Assembly (NCBI GenBank): GCA_038244685.1
Contig: JBBRTD010000002.1
Coordinates: 2,924 to 66,923, forward strand
Direction: 5' to 3'
Length of the DNA: 64,000 nucleotides
Source: Minisyncoccia bacterium
GTDB lineage: Bacteria; Patescibacteriota; Minisyncoccia; Phycocordibacterales; UBA9973
The notes below the pieces were generated by a model. It did not search any database. It worked only from the letters and a program-made list of their open reading frames with translations, and was not told where the DNA came from. Below are positions 10,020-20,568 of the stretch, one piece after another (the first letter of the stretch is position 1; each line of letters begins with the position of its first letter). Made by a program: the position numbers and the translations under genes.

Positions 10020-11459
10020 ATGGCCCTAAATAAACCTAACAAAATTCAGATAATTAAGTATGCTCCACCACCACCTGACCTTCCCACTCTTGGTAGAGTA
10101 GATCCTGGAGATGTGGCTTTTATCGGCCGAACAAACTATGTTGCTTCTTTAGAGGAAAAGAGGTTTGTTTTTGGTATTAAGCGTATCGATAGAAGACGAC
10201 ATATGTATATTATCGGCAAGTCAGGAGTAGGTAAATCTAAACTTCAAGAATTAATGATTCGTCAGGATATAGCTTATGGTCATGGTGTTTGTGTCATTGA
10301 TCCTCACGGAGAACTTATCGAAGATATATTAAATTTTATTCCAGAAGATCGCATTGAAGATGTTTGTATTATTGATCCTGGGGATGTAGAATATCCTTCT
10401 TCTTTTAATCCACTTTCAAACATTGATCCTACTTTTAAACATCAGCTTACTCAAGGATTGATAGAAGTTTTACGTAAACAATTTGGTTCGAATTGGTCTC
10501 CGCGTCTTGAGCACGTTTTTCGCTTTACCGTTCTTGCTTTGCTTGATTATCCTCATGCCACAATGCGTGGAATGATTTCAATGCTAACCGACCGAAATTA
10601 TCGTCAGAAGGTTGTTGAATATATACAAGATGATATGGTTAAACGTTTTTGGGCTATTGAATTTGCTGATTGGTCTGAGAAATTTGATACGGATGCGATT
10701 ATTCCTTTGGTGAATAAACTTGGGCAGTTTTTGTCTGATCCGATGCTTCGTAATATTTTTGGACAGAAAGAAAATAAAATTGATATTGAAAAATTAATGA
10801 ATGAACAAAAAATTCTTTTGATTAATCTTTCAAAGGGAAAAATAGGGGAGGAGAATTCCTCTTTCTTTGGGTCAATGTTTTTAACAAAAATTAAACAGGC
10901 TGGTATGGCCCGCGCCAAATTAGAGCCAAAAGACCGCGCTGACTTTTATCTTTATGTTGATGAATTTCAGAATATTGTGACAGATACATTTGAGAATATT
11001 CTTTCTGAAGCTCGTAAGTATGGATTGAACCTTGTTATTGCTCATCAATATATTGCTCAGCTTTTACCGAAAGTTCAACAGGCGGTACTTGGAAATGTCG
11101 GATCAATCGTTACTTTTCGTGTTGGCGGTGATGATGCCACTAAGTTGAAGCCAGAGTTTGCTCCAGTCTTTGATGTAAAAGATATGATTAACTTAGGTGT
11201 GGGAGAATTTTATATTAAAATGACAATAGATGGTGAAAGTTATGATCCATTTTCTGGAGAGACATTGCGTGTTCTTCCTGCGACACATCCATCTTATAGA
11301 CAAAAAGTTATCGATGCGTCACGCCGTAAATATTCTATTTCCTCTGGTGATGCTCAGAAGCTAATTATCGAAGAAGAAGCTACTATCATAAGATCAGCTC
11401 AAGAAAAAGCTGCTATTTCAGAAAATAAAGAAGAAAAAGAAAATCAGCCTCTTATTTAG
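10020..11459 (+). CDS. VirD4/TraD/HerA-like P-loop ATPase, paralog 1
   Basis: RRHMYIIGKSGVGKS Walker A, IDPHGE, LYVDEFQN Walker B, LSEARKY. Confidence 0.88.
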   Translation: MALNKPNKIQIIKYAPPPPDLPTLGRVDPGDVAFIGRTNYVASLEEKRFVFGIKRIDRRRHMYIIGKSGVGKSKLQELMIRQDIAYGHGVCVIDPHGELIEDILNFIPEDRIEDVCIIDPGDVEYPSSFNPLSNIDPTFKHQLTQGLIEVLRKQFGSNWSPRLEHVFRFTVLALLDYPHATMRGMISMLTDRNYRQKVVEYIQDDMVKRFWAIEFADWSEKFDTDAIIPLVNKLGQFLSDPMLRNIFGQKENKIDIEKLMNEQKILLINLSKGKIGEENSSFFGSMFLTKIKQAGMARAKLEPKDRADFYLYVDEFQNIVTDTFENILSEARKYGLNLVIAHQYIAQLLPKVQQAVLGNVGSIVTFRVGGDDATKLKPEFAPVFDVKDMINLGVGEFYIKMTIDGESYDPFSGETLRVLPATHPSYRQKVIDASRRKYSISSGDAQKLIIEEEATIIRSAQEKAAISENKEEKENQPLI

Positions 11460-11551
11460 TTCATAAATCAACTTAATATTATTCATTTGATTTTTAACGT
11501 AAAGTGTTACAATTGTCAGATAGGGTCGCATTTTAATTATCTATATATTTT

Positions 11552-11857
11552 ATGGTATTTATATATACAACATGTAAAAACATGGATGAGGCACAGGAGC
11601 TCGGGGGTTTGATTATAAGTAAGAAAATAGCCGCATGCGTGGATTTTTGGCCAATATCATCCTGCTTTAGCTGGAAGGGTAACCTTCAATGTGTATCTCA
11701 GGCAATGCTTTTAATCACGACCTTTGAATCTAAACTAGAAAGTGTTAATGAAATTATTTCACAAAATCACACCTACAGCATTCCTCTTATAGCAGGAGTT
11801 GATGTGAGGCGTATAAATCATCCCTATAAAGAATGGATGATGGAAGAAATAATATAA
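11552..11857 (+). CDS. cutA: CutA1 divalent-cation tolerance protein
   Basis: IAACV...S.F.W.G...HTYSIP...YKEW pattern, 101 aa. Confidence 0.8.
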   Translation: MVFIYTTCKNMDEAQELGGLIISKKIAACVDFWPISSCFSWKGNLQCVSQAMLLITTFESKLESVNEIISQNHTYSIPLIAGVDVRRINHPYKEWMMEEII

Positions 11858-12294
11858 TGTCTAATCCTATGAATTCTAAAAAAATTTTAATTTTTGGTGT
11901 GTTTGATGGTGTTCATGATGGACACCTGGCTTTTATTAATGAGGCTAAAAAGAAAGGGGATCATCTTGTTGCTATTGTTGCCCGTGATAGTATTGTTAAA
12001 GAATTAAAGGGTAAAATTCCAAAATATAATGAAGTGGAGAGAATAAATGAGCTTTTGCTGATACCTGGGGTAGATTTAGTTTTTTTAGGTGATGCGAAGA
12101 CAGGAACATATAGTATTTTAAAAGAAATAAAACCCGATATTATATTTTTAGGTTATGATCAGGATGCTTTATTTGTTAATTTAAGTGAATCAATTAAAAA
12201 AGGTATTTTGCCAAAGATAGAAATCATTCGGGGTAATTCATATAAGCCAGAAATTTTTCACTCATCGATTTTAAATATAAATAAAAATATCTGA
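11857..12294 (+). CDS. Cytidylyltransferase-family protein (RibL/FAD synthetase-like)
   Basis: FGVFDGVHDGH, VARD, PDIIFLGYDQ and HSS motifs. Likely start is the ATG overlapping the cutA stop. Confidence 0.8.
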   Translation: MSNPMNSKKILIFGVFDGVHDGHLAFINEAKKKGDHLVAIVARDSIVKELKGKIPKYNEVERINELLLIPGVDLVFLGDAKTGTYSILKEIKPDIIFLGYDQDALFVNLSESIKKGILPKIEIIRGNSYKPEIFHSSILNINKNI

Positions 12295-12320
12295 AATTTA
12301 ATTAAATTTCAGATATTTTT
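12283..12320. terminator. Perfect 38-bp palindrome between convergent genes
   Basis: AAAAATATCTGAAATTTAA|TTAAATTTCAGATATTTTT. Confidence 0.6.
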
Positions 12321-12324
12321 TTTA

Positions 12325-12945
12325 TTAGATTCTTTTAATTGATTCACTTCTTTTTTCAATTTTCCACCATTTAATTATTAGCGGTAGGGTATCACCAATG
12401 CAGTAAATAAAAAATGCTACAGGAAATATGACATTTTTTAATTGCCAGTCAGGGGCATTATAAATTGAAAGAATGTAAACAACTAAAAAAAGAACGTAGC
12501 TCGTGAGTGTTATACGTGACCCTGGTTTTTTCCAAGATTTTTTCATTTGAGGCCATCCTGCAATAATTTCGGCAATTACAGCTAGAGTTAACCCTAATAA
12601 ATTCGATCCTGAGTAAAGCCATAAGAAAACAACAACAAACACAATAGATAGTGTTATAGACTCATCCTTGGTCCATCTCTTTTTTTTATCATACTTTATA
12701 AGTAGTATTGATACTGAGAATGAGCCTAGGATGCACCCAAAAACCAACATGAGGGAAGAGCTTTGTTCTTCAATTGCTGTTATATATACCAATACATCAA
12801 GTATTGACCATAACAGATTTGTGAAAAAACTTTGACTCTTCATTCCTCGCTTTTTGAATATTCCAACTATGAGAATTGCATAAGCTGAAATTGTAACAGT
12901 AAGGATTAACCAATCCATCGATGTTACTGGGAATATTTTTTCCAT
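12325..12945 (-). CDS. Hypothetical multi-pass membrane protein (weakly PQ-loop-like)
   Basis: About 7 hydrophobic segments, WPQMKKSWKKP; upstream TTGACA-17-TAGAGT promoter. Confidence 0.7.
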   Translation of the reverse strand: MEKIFPVTSMDWLILTVTISAYAILIVGIFKKRGMKSQSFFTNLLWSILDVLVYITAIEEQSSSLMLVFGCILGSFSVSILLIKYDKKKRWTKDESITLSIVFVVVFLWLYSGSNLLGLTLAVIAEIIAGWPQMKKSWKKPGSRITLTSYVLFLVVYILSIYNAPDWQLKNVIFPVAFFIYCIGDTLPLIIKWWKIEKRSESIKRI

Positions 12946-12961
12946 AATGAGTCTTTTCTAA

Positions 12962-12990
12962 ACTCTAAGCCCAGGGGTGTATTTTGTCAA
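12962..12990 (-). promoter_or_regulatory. Sigma70-type promoter
   Basis: TTGACA-17 nt-TAGAGT on the minus strand. Confidence 0.65.
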
Positions 12991-13038
12991 CAGTAATTTG
13001 CTTATGCTTCTCTTTTATTGTTATAATAAGAGTAATAT

Positions 13039-15243
13039 ATGGAAAAAGAAATTCCTCATAATCGTGACATAACTTATTTTGCTAAGACGAACTTTCGTAA
13101 TAGTAATGACATCTTTGGTATAAAAAGAAAAGATCGTCGCCAGCATATGTATATCCTCGGTAAGTCAGGTACTGGTAAATCCGTGCTCCTCTCTAATCTT
13201 ATTGTACAGAATATTCAAAACGGAGAAGGTGTCTGTGTGGTTGATCCTCATGGAGAGCTTGTCGAGGAAATTTTACATCTTATTCCAGAACATAGAACTA
13301 AGGATGTTATTTATTTTAATCCAGCAGATGCAGATTTTCATATTGGATTTAATGTTATACAGCTAGATGATCCTAAATATAAACACTTAGTAGCATCAGG
13401 ACTCATGGGAATTTTCACTAAGATTTGGGCGAATGCTTGGAGTTCTCGTATGGAATATATTTTGAATAATGCAATTCTTGCTCTTCTTGATACTCCAGGG
13501 ACAACACTATTGGGAATTCCTCGTCTTCTTGTCGACAAAGATTATCGTCAAATGATAATTGGAAATTTGAAAGACCCTGTTGTTAAAGCTTTCTGGGTCC
13601 ATGAATATGAACAATGGCGTGAACAGTTCCGAAATGAAGCCATTGCTCCTATTCAGAATAAAGTTGGTCAATTCCTTTCAACTTCAATCATTCGTAATGT
13701 TGTGGGTCAGCCAAAATCAACTATCGATATATTTAAGATAATGAATGAGGGTAAGATTTTTCTTGTAAACGTTTCAAAGGGACGTATTGGGGAAGATAAC
13801 TCTGCTCTTTTGGGTGGAATGATTATTACAAAAATTCAACTTGCCGCTATGGAACGTGTTCGTATTCCAGAGGATGAACGAAAAGACTTTTATCTTTATG
13901 TTGATGAATTTCAAAACTTTGCGACTGATGCCTTTGCCAATATTCTTTCTGAAGCTCGTAAGTATCGTCTAAATCTTACTGTCGCCCACCAGTACACAGC
14001 TCAGCTTGAAAATAAAGATGGTTCGAAGGTTCGTGATGCTGTTTTTGGCAACGTTGGAACAATGATAATCTTTCGCGTAGGAGCTGATGATGCAGACTTT
14101 TTGGAAAAAGAATTTGAGCCAGAATTTACAGCTCAAGATTTGGTTAATTTACCGAACTACAATATTTATTTAAAGCTTATGATTGATGGTATTACCAGCC
14201 GACCTTTTTCGGCAACAACCTTACCTCCAATGAAGGTAGATGCAACTTCCGGGGTAAAGGATAAAATTATAGAATCTTCTCGTAAACTTTATACAAGATC
14301 ACGTGAAGAAGTTGAAGGTGAGATATCTAGATGGAGTGGAATGCTTCAAGTTGGAGAAGGTGAAGCTAAGTATAAGGCTGACTGTTCAAATTGTGGTAAA
14401 TCTACGATGGTTCCTTTTGAACCTCAAGAAGGAAGACCTGTCTACTGTAAAGAATGTATGTTCAAAATTAAAAGTGGTGAACTTAAGCCGGAAACTGGTT
14501 TCGTTGCTTCTCGTTCTTCTCGCCAAGAAGAGAAGGTTTCGACTGCACCCTTGGCTGCCCTTGGTATCGAATTTCCTGTAACTGACATGAATTTTAGAGT
14601 TTCCAAGAATAAAGAACAAGCAAAAATATTAGTACAAAATAATCACGAAAATAGTAATCATTCTAATTATAATAAAAATAGTCATACGAATAATGTATCC
14701 AATAACCATGGTGATCTAAATAAAACTCCATATGTTAAACAAGAGAAGCGACACACTGGCCCGTCTCCACTTTTAAAAGGTTTATTGCAAAAGATTGGAA
14801 TAAGTAACGATAAAAAAGAAGTTCCAATTAAGGCAGAATCTATCGAAGTAAAAAAGGAAGTACCGGCTTCTATTTCTCTTTCTTCTCTTAAAAAAGAAGA
14901 GCCTAAAGAAGCTAGGAAAGATTTTGTTGTTGCAGTAAAGGAAGCCTCTGAGGAGAAAAAGGCTTCTCTTAAGGATTTACTTGCAAAGACAGCCAATCAT
15001 ATAAATCCGAACATTATTTCCAAAAAAGAAGAAGTAAAAATAGAAAATAATAAAGTAGAAGAATCTAAAAAAGTTGAGTCAGCTCCTGTTTTGGTCCCAG
15101 AAATAAAAGAGGAAATTATTGTTCCTAAAATAAATGAAGAGAAAATAAAACAAACAGATACTATTTCAGATTCGCTCTCTTGGCAAAAACGTAAAACAAA
15201 AAAAGAAGTTCCTGAGGATGTACTTCGCAAAATTTTAGAATAA
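13039..15243 (+). CDS. VirD4/TraD-like ATPase, paralog 2, with a CxxC-x17-CxxC domain and a low-complexity charged tail
   Basis: GKSGTGKS and LYVDEFQN motifs; CSNC-x17-CKEC; K/E-rich C-terminus. Confidence 0.88.
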   Translation: MEKEIPHNRDITYFAKTNFRNSNDIFGIKRKDRRQHMYILGKSGTGKSVLLSNLIVQNIQNGEGVCVVDPHGELVEEILHLIPEHRTKDVIYFNPADADFHIGFNVIQLDDPKYKHLVASGLMGIFTKIWANAWSSRMEYILNNAILALLDTPGTTLLGIPRLLVDKDYRQMIIGNLKDPVVKAFWVHEYEQWREQFRNEAIAPIQNKVGQFLSTSIIRNVVGQPKSTIDIFKIMNEGKIFLVNVSKGRIGEDNSALLGGMIITKIQLAAMERVRIPEDERKDFYLYVDEFQNFATDAFANILSEARKYRLNLTVAHQYTAQLENKDGSKVRDAVFGNVGTMIIFRVGADDADFLEKEFEPEFTAQDLVNLPNYNIYLKLMIDGITSRPFSATTLPPMKVDATSGVKDKIIESSRKLYTRSREEVEGEISRWSGMLQVGEGEAKYKADCSNCGKSTMVPFEPQEGRPVYCKECMFKIKSGELKPETGFVASRSSRQEEKVSTAPLAALGIEFPVTDMNFRVSKNKEQAKILVQNNHENSNHSNYNKNSHTNNVSNNHGDLNKTPYVKQEKRHTGPSPLLKGLLQKIGISNDKKEVPIKAESIEVKKEVPASISLSSLKKEEPKEARKDFVVAVKEASEEKKASLKDLLAKTANHINPNIISKKEEVKIENNKVEESKKVESAPVLVPEIKEEIIVPKINEEKIKQTDTISDSLSWQKRKTKKEVPEDVLRKILE

Positions 15244-15263
15244 TTTATTAATTAAATTTTTTT

Positions 15264-16712
15264 ATGATTAATTTAAATAAAAAATATACAACTTTTATTT
15301 TAATAATAGTGTTTTTTGTTTGTTCTCGATCTGTTTTTGCAAATTTTGAAATTACAGAAATAATGTATGACTTAGATGGAACTGATTCAGATCGAGAGTG
15401 GGTGGAAGTTAAGAATGTCGGTTCATATAGTGTTGATTTGTCTAAGTGGTATCTTTTTTCAGATAATTCTAAACATAGTCTTGTTCCGCAAGGTAATTCT
15501 ATTGTTCCATCTGGTAGTTATGTAATTATTGCTCAAAATCCATCTAAATTTAATGTAGATTGGCCAAACTTTTCAGGTTTATTATTTGATAGTAGCTGGA
15601 CTGGACTTAATAATGAAAGCGATTCTTTGTCTCTTAAAGATCCAGATTTGAATATACAAAGCCCTATTTCATTTAATTCCAGTTTAGGAGGAGACGGTGA
15701 TGGTAATTCCTTGCAGCTTATAGGTAGTTTGTGGAAGGCGGCCAGTCCTACTCCTGGTTTAATTAACGAGGTAACTAATGATGACAATTCAAATGCTATT
15801 ACTCAAAGTAGCTCTAGCGTGAATACAGATATTTCGAATTCAAATATTATAGATAAAAAAGAATTAGAAAATCCTAAAATCGTAACACAAATTATTACTA
15901 GTAAAATTGTGACAGCTGGAGTTCCGTTTATTATCGATCACGTAACTATTGGATTGAAAAAGGAAAAAATTGTTTTAGGTAAATTTACTTGGAATTTTGG
16001 AGATGGAATGCTGAGAGAATCTACTACTTCCGATCCTTTTGAATATATTTATAAATATCCTGGTGAATACGTGCTTAACCTTTCTTATTGTAGTTCTGTC
16101 TTTTGTATTAAGCCTGATGCTACAGATAGAATAATAGTAAAAGTTATTTCTTCTGGTGTAAATATAATATCTATTGGTAGCAAAAGCGACCCATATATAG
16201 AAATTGAGAATAATTCAAATTATGAAATAGCTTTGTATAATTGGATTATTAAGGGGAGTAACCATACTTTTACTATACCTCAAGGTATGATAATTCTCGC
16301 GAATAAAAAGTTAAAGTTATCACCTATTGTCACAGGTTTTGATTTCAATGATTTAAGCTCTGTAAGTATAATTGATAAAACTGGGCAAGTCTTTTCAACT
16401 TATCCAAATACAAATTATTCATTATTAAAAAATTATTCTAGTAAAAATTCCCCAAATAATTATATTAAATCAGATTCACCAAAAATTAAAGAAACTCAAA
16501 ACACACAGGAAGTTATCAATTTAAATGACCTTGGTTCTAGTGCTGAGAGCTCAAGTAATTTATTATTAAACAATAAATTGTTAATATATTTTGGATTAGC
16601 TAGTGTTATTTTAATTGGAATTGCGAGTGTTGTATTATTTCGCCGTAAAAATAATTACCCAGATTACATCGAGAAAGAGGTGAGTGCTAATGATATGGTA
16701 ATCATTGAATGA
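15264..16712 (+). CDS. Lamin-tail domain and PKD domain surface protein with a C-terminal membrane anchor
   Basis: Signal peptide; ITEIMYD...EWVEVKN...VDLSKW; WNFGDG (PKD); C-terminal TM. Confidence 0.82.
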   Translation: MINLNKKYTTFILIIVFFVCSRSVFANFEITEIMYDLDGTDSDREWVEVKNVGSYSVDLSKWYLFSDNSKHSLVPQGNSIVPSGSYVIIAQNPSKFNVDWPNFSGLLFDSSWTGLNNESDSLSLKDPDLNIQSPISFNSSLGGDGDGNSLQLIGSLWKAASPTPGLINEVTNDDNSNAITQSSSSVNTDISNSNIIDKKELENPKIVTQIITSKIVTAGVPFIIDHVTIGLKKEKIVLGKFTWNFGDGMLRESTTSDPFEYIYKYPGEYVLNLSYCSSVFCIKPDATDRIIVKVISSGVNIISIGSKSDPYIEIENNSNYEIALYNWIIKGSNHTFTIPQGMIILANKKLKLSPIVTGFDFNDLSSVSIIDKTGQVFSTYPNTNYSLLKNYSSKNSPNNYIKSDSPKIKETQNTQEVINLNDLGSSAESSSNLLLNNKLLIYFGLASVILIGIASVVLFRRKNNYPDYIEKEVSANDMVIIE

Positions 16713-16765
16713 AGTATTTTTTTTGAGAGGCTTTATTAAAAAGAAATTTCTGATACAATTGGCGA

Positions 16766-17542
16766 ATGAAGAATAATTTACCTAAAAATCCAAAGGATAC
16801 TTCTTGGAATAGTGTTGCAAGCTGGTATGATGAATTACTAAAAAGTGATGATAGCTATCAGGCTAAGGTTATATTGCCTAATTTACTTAGAATTTTGAAC
16901 TTAGGTGAAGGGGAAAGAGTATATGATCTTGCTTGTGGGCAAGGCTATTTTGCAAATGTTTTTGCTCATATTGGAGCATCTGTTGTGGCCTCCGACTTAT
17001 CAAAAAATTTAATTGAGACAGCAAAGAAGAATTCTAAAGAAAAAATAGCTTTTTATATTTCTCCTGCTCATAATGCACAATTTTTAAAAGATGGAACTAT
17101 TGATACTATTGTTATAGTTTTGGCAATTCAAAATATTGAGAATGTAAACAATGTTTTAGTTGAATGCAATCGAGTCCTTAAAAAAAACGGACGAATAGTT
17201 TTAGTGCTTAATCATCCCGCTTTTAGAGTTCCTCAGGGGTCTGATTGGACTTATGATAATGGAGTACAATCTCGTATTGTAAGTCAGTATTTATCTCCAT
17301 CAAAAATATTTATAGACATGACTCCCGGAGAGAAGAATCCAAAAAAGAAAATTAAAACCATTACTTTCCATCGTTCTCTTCAGGATTATGTTAAGTTATT
17401 TTCTAAGAATGGCTTTGCTATCACTCGTCTTGAGGAGTGGATATCGCACAAACAAAGTCAAACTGGTCCTAGACAAATAGCGGAAGATAAAGCACGTAAA
17501 GAAATTCCAATGTTTATGTGTTTAGAAATAAAGAAGATTTAA
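16766..17542 (+). CDS. Class I SAM-dependent methyltransferase
   Basis: DLACGQG motif I; LKKNGRIV. Confidence 0.88.
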   Translation: MKNNLPKNPKDTSWNSVASWYDELLKSDDSYQAKVILPNLLRILNLGEGERVYDLACGQGYFANVFAHIGASVVASDLSKNLIETAKKNSKEKIAFYISPAHNAQFLKDGTIDTIVIVLAIQNIENVNNVLVECNRVLKKNGRIVLVLNHPAFRVPQGSDWTYDNGVQSRIVSQYLSPSKIFIDMTPGEKNPKKKIKTITFHRSLQDYVKLFSKNGFAITRLEEWISHKQSQTGPRQIAEDKARKEIPMFMCLEIKKI

Positions 17543-17543
17543 A

Positions 17544-18125
17544 TTATATAAATTTATTTTTTATAATTTTTGGAATTTTCTTAAAATCTTTTATAAGAGT
17601 TGCCCTTAGGCTTCCATTATAAAGAGCCGCTGCTGGATGGTAAAGAGGAAGAAAAGCTTGGTCTCCCAGTTCGGGAATATATTTAATTATAAGTTTTCCG
17701 TGAATATCTCCGATTTTTTCTCTTGGAAAAAATCGGTGCATTGAATGCCTTCCTAAGAATACAATAAGTTTTGGTTTAATTACCTTAAGTTCTTCTATGA
17801 GCCAATCATTACAATCTTCTTTTTCTTTTGGTTCTGGATCGCGATTATTGGGCGGACGGTATTTGACGATATTAGTAATATAAATATCTTCTCTTTTCTT
17901 CCCTATGGTTTCCAGCATTTCATTTAAGAATTTTCCAGCCGCTCCAATAAAAGGTTTACCTTCTTCGTCCTCTTTTTTCCCTGGTGCTTCACCTATGAAA
18001 ACTATCTCACCATTAGCGTTTCCATTCCCAAAAACTGCTTGAATAGCAGTCTTTTTTAACTTGCACTTACAATTCTTTTTCCAGTATTTATTGAGTTTAT
18101 CTAATTGTTCTCGGTTAGATTCCAT
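17544..18125 (-). CDS. Uracil-DNA glycosylase, family 4
   Basis: GEAPG, PFIGAAG, RPPNNRDP and YHPAAALY motifs. Confidence 0.92.
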   Translation of the reverse strand: MESNREQLDKLNKYWKKNCKCKLKKTAIQAVFGNGNANGEIVFIGEAPGKKEDEEGKPFIGAAGKFLNEMLETIGKKREDIYITNIVKYRPPNNRDPEPKEKEDCNDWLIEELKVIKPKLIVFLGRHSMHRFFPREKIGDIHGKLIIKYIPELGDQAFLPLYHPAAALYNGSLRATLIKDFKKIPKIIKNKFI

Positions 18126-18166
18126 GAGTTATAGTATAGCATTTTGTAATTTGGTATAATAATAAT

Positions 18167-18412
18167 ATGAATAAAAATCTTAAAGACGAAATGATTGGTT
18201 GGTATGGAACGTTAGCTATTGTTTCTGCTTATGCATTATTAAGTTTTGGATTGATATATTCGAACAGTTTAATATATCAAATATTAAATGGTACTGGAGC
18301 GCTCGGTATTGTTTATATTTCATTTAAAAAGAAGGCGTATCAGCCTGCTGTTTTGAATATTATTTGGGCGATTATAGCATCTATTGTTATAATTAAAATA
18401 TTATTATATTAA
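18167..18412 (+). CDS. Small three-TM membrane protein
   Basis: GWYG...AYALLS...YQILN...LNIIWA pattern; -10 box 6 nt upstream. Confidence 0.7.
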   Translation: MNKNLKDEMIGWYGTLAIVSAYALLSFGLIYSNSLIYQILNGTGALGIVYISFKKKAYQPAVLNIIWAIIASIVIIKILLY

Positions 18413-18425
18413 TTTATAATTTATC

Positions 18426-18986
18426 ATGAATACACAATATAAAAGTTCTAAATTTGCAACGTTCTCACAATACTTAGCTGCACCTTTAGTTATTGGAATA
18501 TTTTTGTATTATGTAAATATTCTTTTGATGGGGAACATTATAAATGAAGAACTATTCTTCTTGCCATTTTGGGCATGGGCTTCATTTATAGTAATTATAA
18601 ATTTTATTAAATTAAGATATATAAAGGTAAATGAAGATAATATTTTAATGAAATCCCTGAAAGGGGAAGAGGTTCTTTTGTATAAAGATATAGAATGGAT
18701 CAATCAAAATATTTTTGGATCAAATTGGTATATTATTACTATAAAATATAGAGATATTCAAACAAATAAATCAAAAATTATTTTTGTCTTTCCTGAAATG
18801 TATACAAATAAAGAGAACCTTTCTTTTTATAAGGAGCTTAATATGACAAAATATATAAGAGAACAAGCACTCAAAGCTAATCCGTCTTATAGAATAGAGT
18901 ATGAACCATCCCGCTGGTTTTTAACAAAGTGGATCTTCTTATCATTTCTTCCATTTATTTTTCTTTCGTTTCTTTTAATTATTTAA
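18426..18986 (+). CDS. Hypothetical membrane protein
   Basis: Two TMs, a soluble domain and a C-terminal TM; no recognised motif. Confidence 0.6.
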   Translation: MNTQYKSSKFATFSQYLAAPLVIGIFLYYVNILLMGNIINEELFFLPFWAWASFIVIINFIKLRYIKVNEDNILMKSLKGEEVLLYKDIEWINQNIFGSNWYIITIKYRDIQTNKSKIIFVFPEMYTNKENLSFYKELNMTKYIREQALKANPSYRIEYEPSRWFLTKWIFLSFLPFIFLSFLLII

Positions 18987-18987
18987 A

Positions 18988-19020
18988 TAAAAACAGCGAG
19001 GCAATGCCTCGCTGTTTTTA
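18988..19020. terminator. Bidirectional intrinsic terminator
   Basis: TAAAAACAGCGAGGC-AAT-GCCTCGCTGTTTTTA between convergent genes. Confidence 0.85.
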
Positions 19021-19022
19021 TT

Positions 19023-20537
19023 TTATTTTAATATTTTAATATCAGCCCCGATTGAGTTTAGTCTTTCGGCTATTTCTTCATAGCCTCGATTAATCATATA
19101 AACATTGCGAAGGATAGATGTGCCTGTTGCTCCAAGCATTCCAATAAGGATTATCATTGCGGGACGAAGAGCAGGGGGGCAGACAACTTGAGCTGATTTA
19201 AGGGGTGTTCCGCCTTGTATATAGACTCTATGAGGGTCAGCGAGAGTTATATTGGCCCCTAATCTATTAAGTTCAGTGAAATATATAGCTCGATTCTCAT
19301 ATAGCCAATCATGAATCATGGTCTGGCCTTTGGCTTTAATAGCGATAGGAACAAAGAACGGTAGATTATCCATATTTATTCCAGGATAAGGATTAGCATG
19401 AATTTTGTCTTCTAAAGCAGTTAATTTAGAAGGGAATATTTGTAAATCAACAAGATTTGTTTTTCCATTGTAAGATTTATAGCTTTTGAGTATTTTATAT
19501 TTTAAATTCATTCTCTTTAATTTTTCAAGTTCAAGAGAAAGGAAATCAATCGGACATCTATTAATGTTAAGCTCTGAATCAGTCGCAATTGCAGCTGAAA
19601 TAAACATCATTGATTCGATGGGGTCTTCACTGTTAGTATATTCAACATCCATATTAATATCTTTGACTCCGTGAACTACTAGAGTTGAAGTTCCAATCCC
19701 ATCGATTTGAACTCCAAGTGTTTCTAGAAAGAAGCAAATTTCTTGGACCATGTAATTAGCACTAGCAAATCTTATAGTTGTAGTGCCATCAATTTTTGAA
19801 ACGGCAGTTAGTATGTTCTCACAGGCTGTGTCTCCAGCTTCATACATTACAATATCAGCGGGCTTTAACTTTTTGCTTTCTATTTGGTATTCATCGTTGG
19901 TAGTTTTAATTTTTACCCCTAGATCTTCTAAGGCATAAGTATGTGCACTAATTGTTCTTTTCCCAAGCTTACATCCTGAAGCATGAGGAATAGAGAAAGA
20001 GGGAAGTAAATGAATAAGAGGGCCGATAAGCATTATGACTGAACGAGTTTTGATAGCAGACTCTACGTTCATTTTATCTAGAGAAAATTTGGTAGGTGGA
20101 GTAATTAAAACAGAATTATTATTTATCCACTTAACAGAGACCCCAATACTTTCAAGTATTTCAATAACTCGATAAACTTCTTCTATTCGAGCAATTCCAT
20201 GCAGGGTTGTTTTACCTTTATTTAAAAGAGAAGCACAGAGTAATCCGACTGCTCCATTCTTCGAGAAGTTTGTATCAATACTTCCGTGCAATTTATTTCC
20301 ACCCTTAATTTCAAAATCGATAGAGGAATTTATAGATACAATTTGATGTTCTAGTACTTTGCTTATTTTTGATAATAATTCTGTTGTAAAATTTTGTTCA
20401 CCTTTCTCCATGCGGGGAATAGAACTTTGGGATGTCTCTAATGCTTTAGCGAAGGCTTCTTGAGTCATACCTCGGCGCTCTCGAAGTTCCTTAATAAAGT
20501 AACCAATTTTTTGTTGCTCTGTTTGTTTTGATTTCAT
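19023..20537 (-). CDS. murA: UDP-N-acetylglucosamine 1-carboxyvinyltransferase with an N-terminal XRE-family HTH
   Basis: HTH (IKELRERRGMTQEAFAKALETSQSSIPRMEKG) followed by SKN, GCKLGKRTI, PYPG and RGYE MurA motifs. Confidence 0.92.
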   Translation of the reverse strand: MKSKQTEQQKIGYFIKELRERRGMTQEAFAKALETSQSSIPRMEKGEQNFTTELLSKISKVLEHQIVSINSSIDFEIKGGNKLHGSIDTNFSKNGAVGLLCASLLNKGKTTLHGIARIEEVYRVIEILESIGVSVKWINNNSVLITPPTKFSLDKMNVESAIKTRSVIMLIGPLIHLLPSFSIPHASGCKLGKRTISAHTYALEDLGVKIKTTNDEYQIESKKLKPADIVMYEAGDTACENILTAVSKIDGTTTIRFASANYMVQEICFFLETLGVQIDGIGTSTLVVHGVKDINMDVEYTNSEDPIESMMFISAAIATDSELNINRCPIDFLSLELEKLKRMNLKYKILKSYKSYNGKTNLVDLQIFPSKLTALEDKIHANPYPGINMDNLPFFVPIAIKAKGQTMIHDWLYENRAIYFTELNRLGANITLADPHRVYIQGGTPLKSAQVVCPPALRPAMIILIGMLGATGTSILRNVYMINRGYEEIAERLNSIGADIKILK

Positions 20538-20544
20538 GCTTACT

Positions 20545-20568
20545 ATTTTATCTCATATATGATATAAT
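20545..20568. promoter_or_regulatory. Divergent murA/murB -10 boxes overlapping an 18-bp near-palindrome (candidate operator)
   Basis: TATCTCATATATGATATA at 20549-20566; TATAAT (+) at 20563-20568; TAAAAT (-) at 20550-20545. Confidence 0.6.

Noticed and set aside
10020-15243. Conjugative element or ICE
   Set aside because: No relaxase, VirB genes, integrase or att repeats; GATC usage is host-like.
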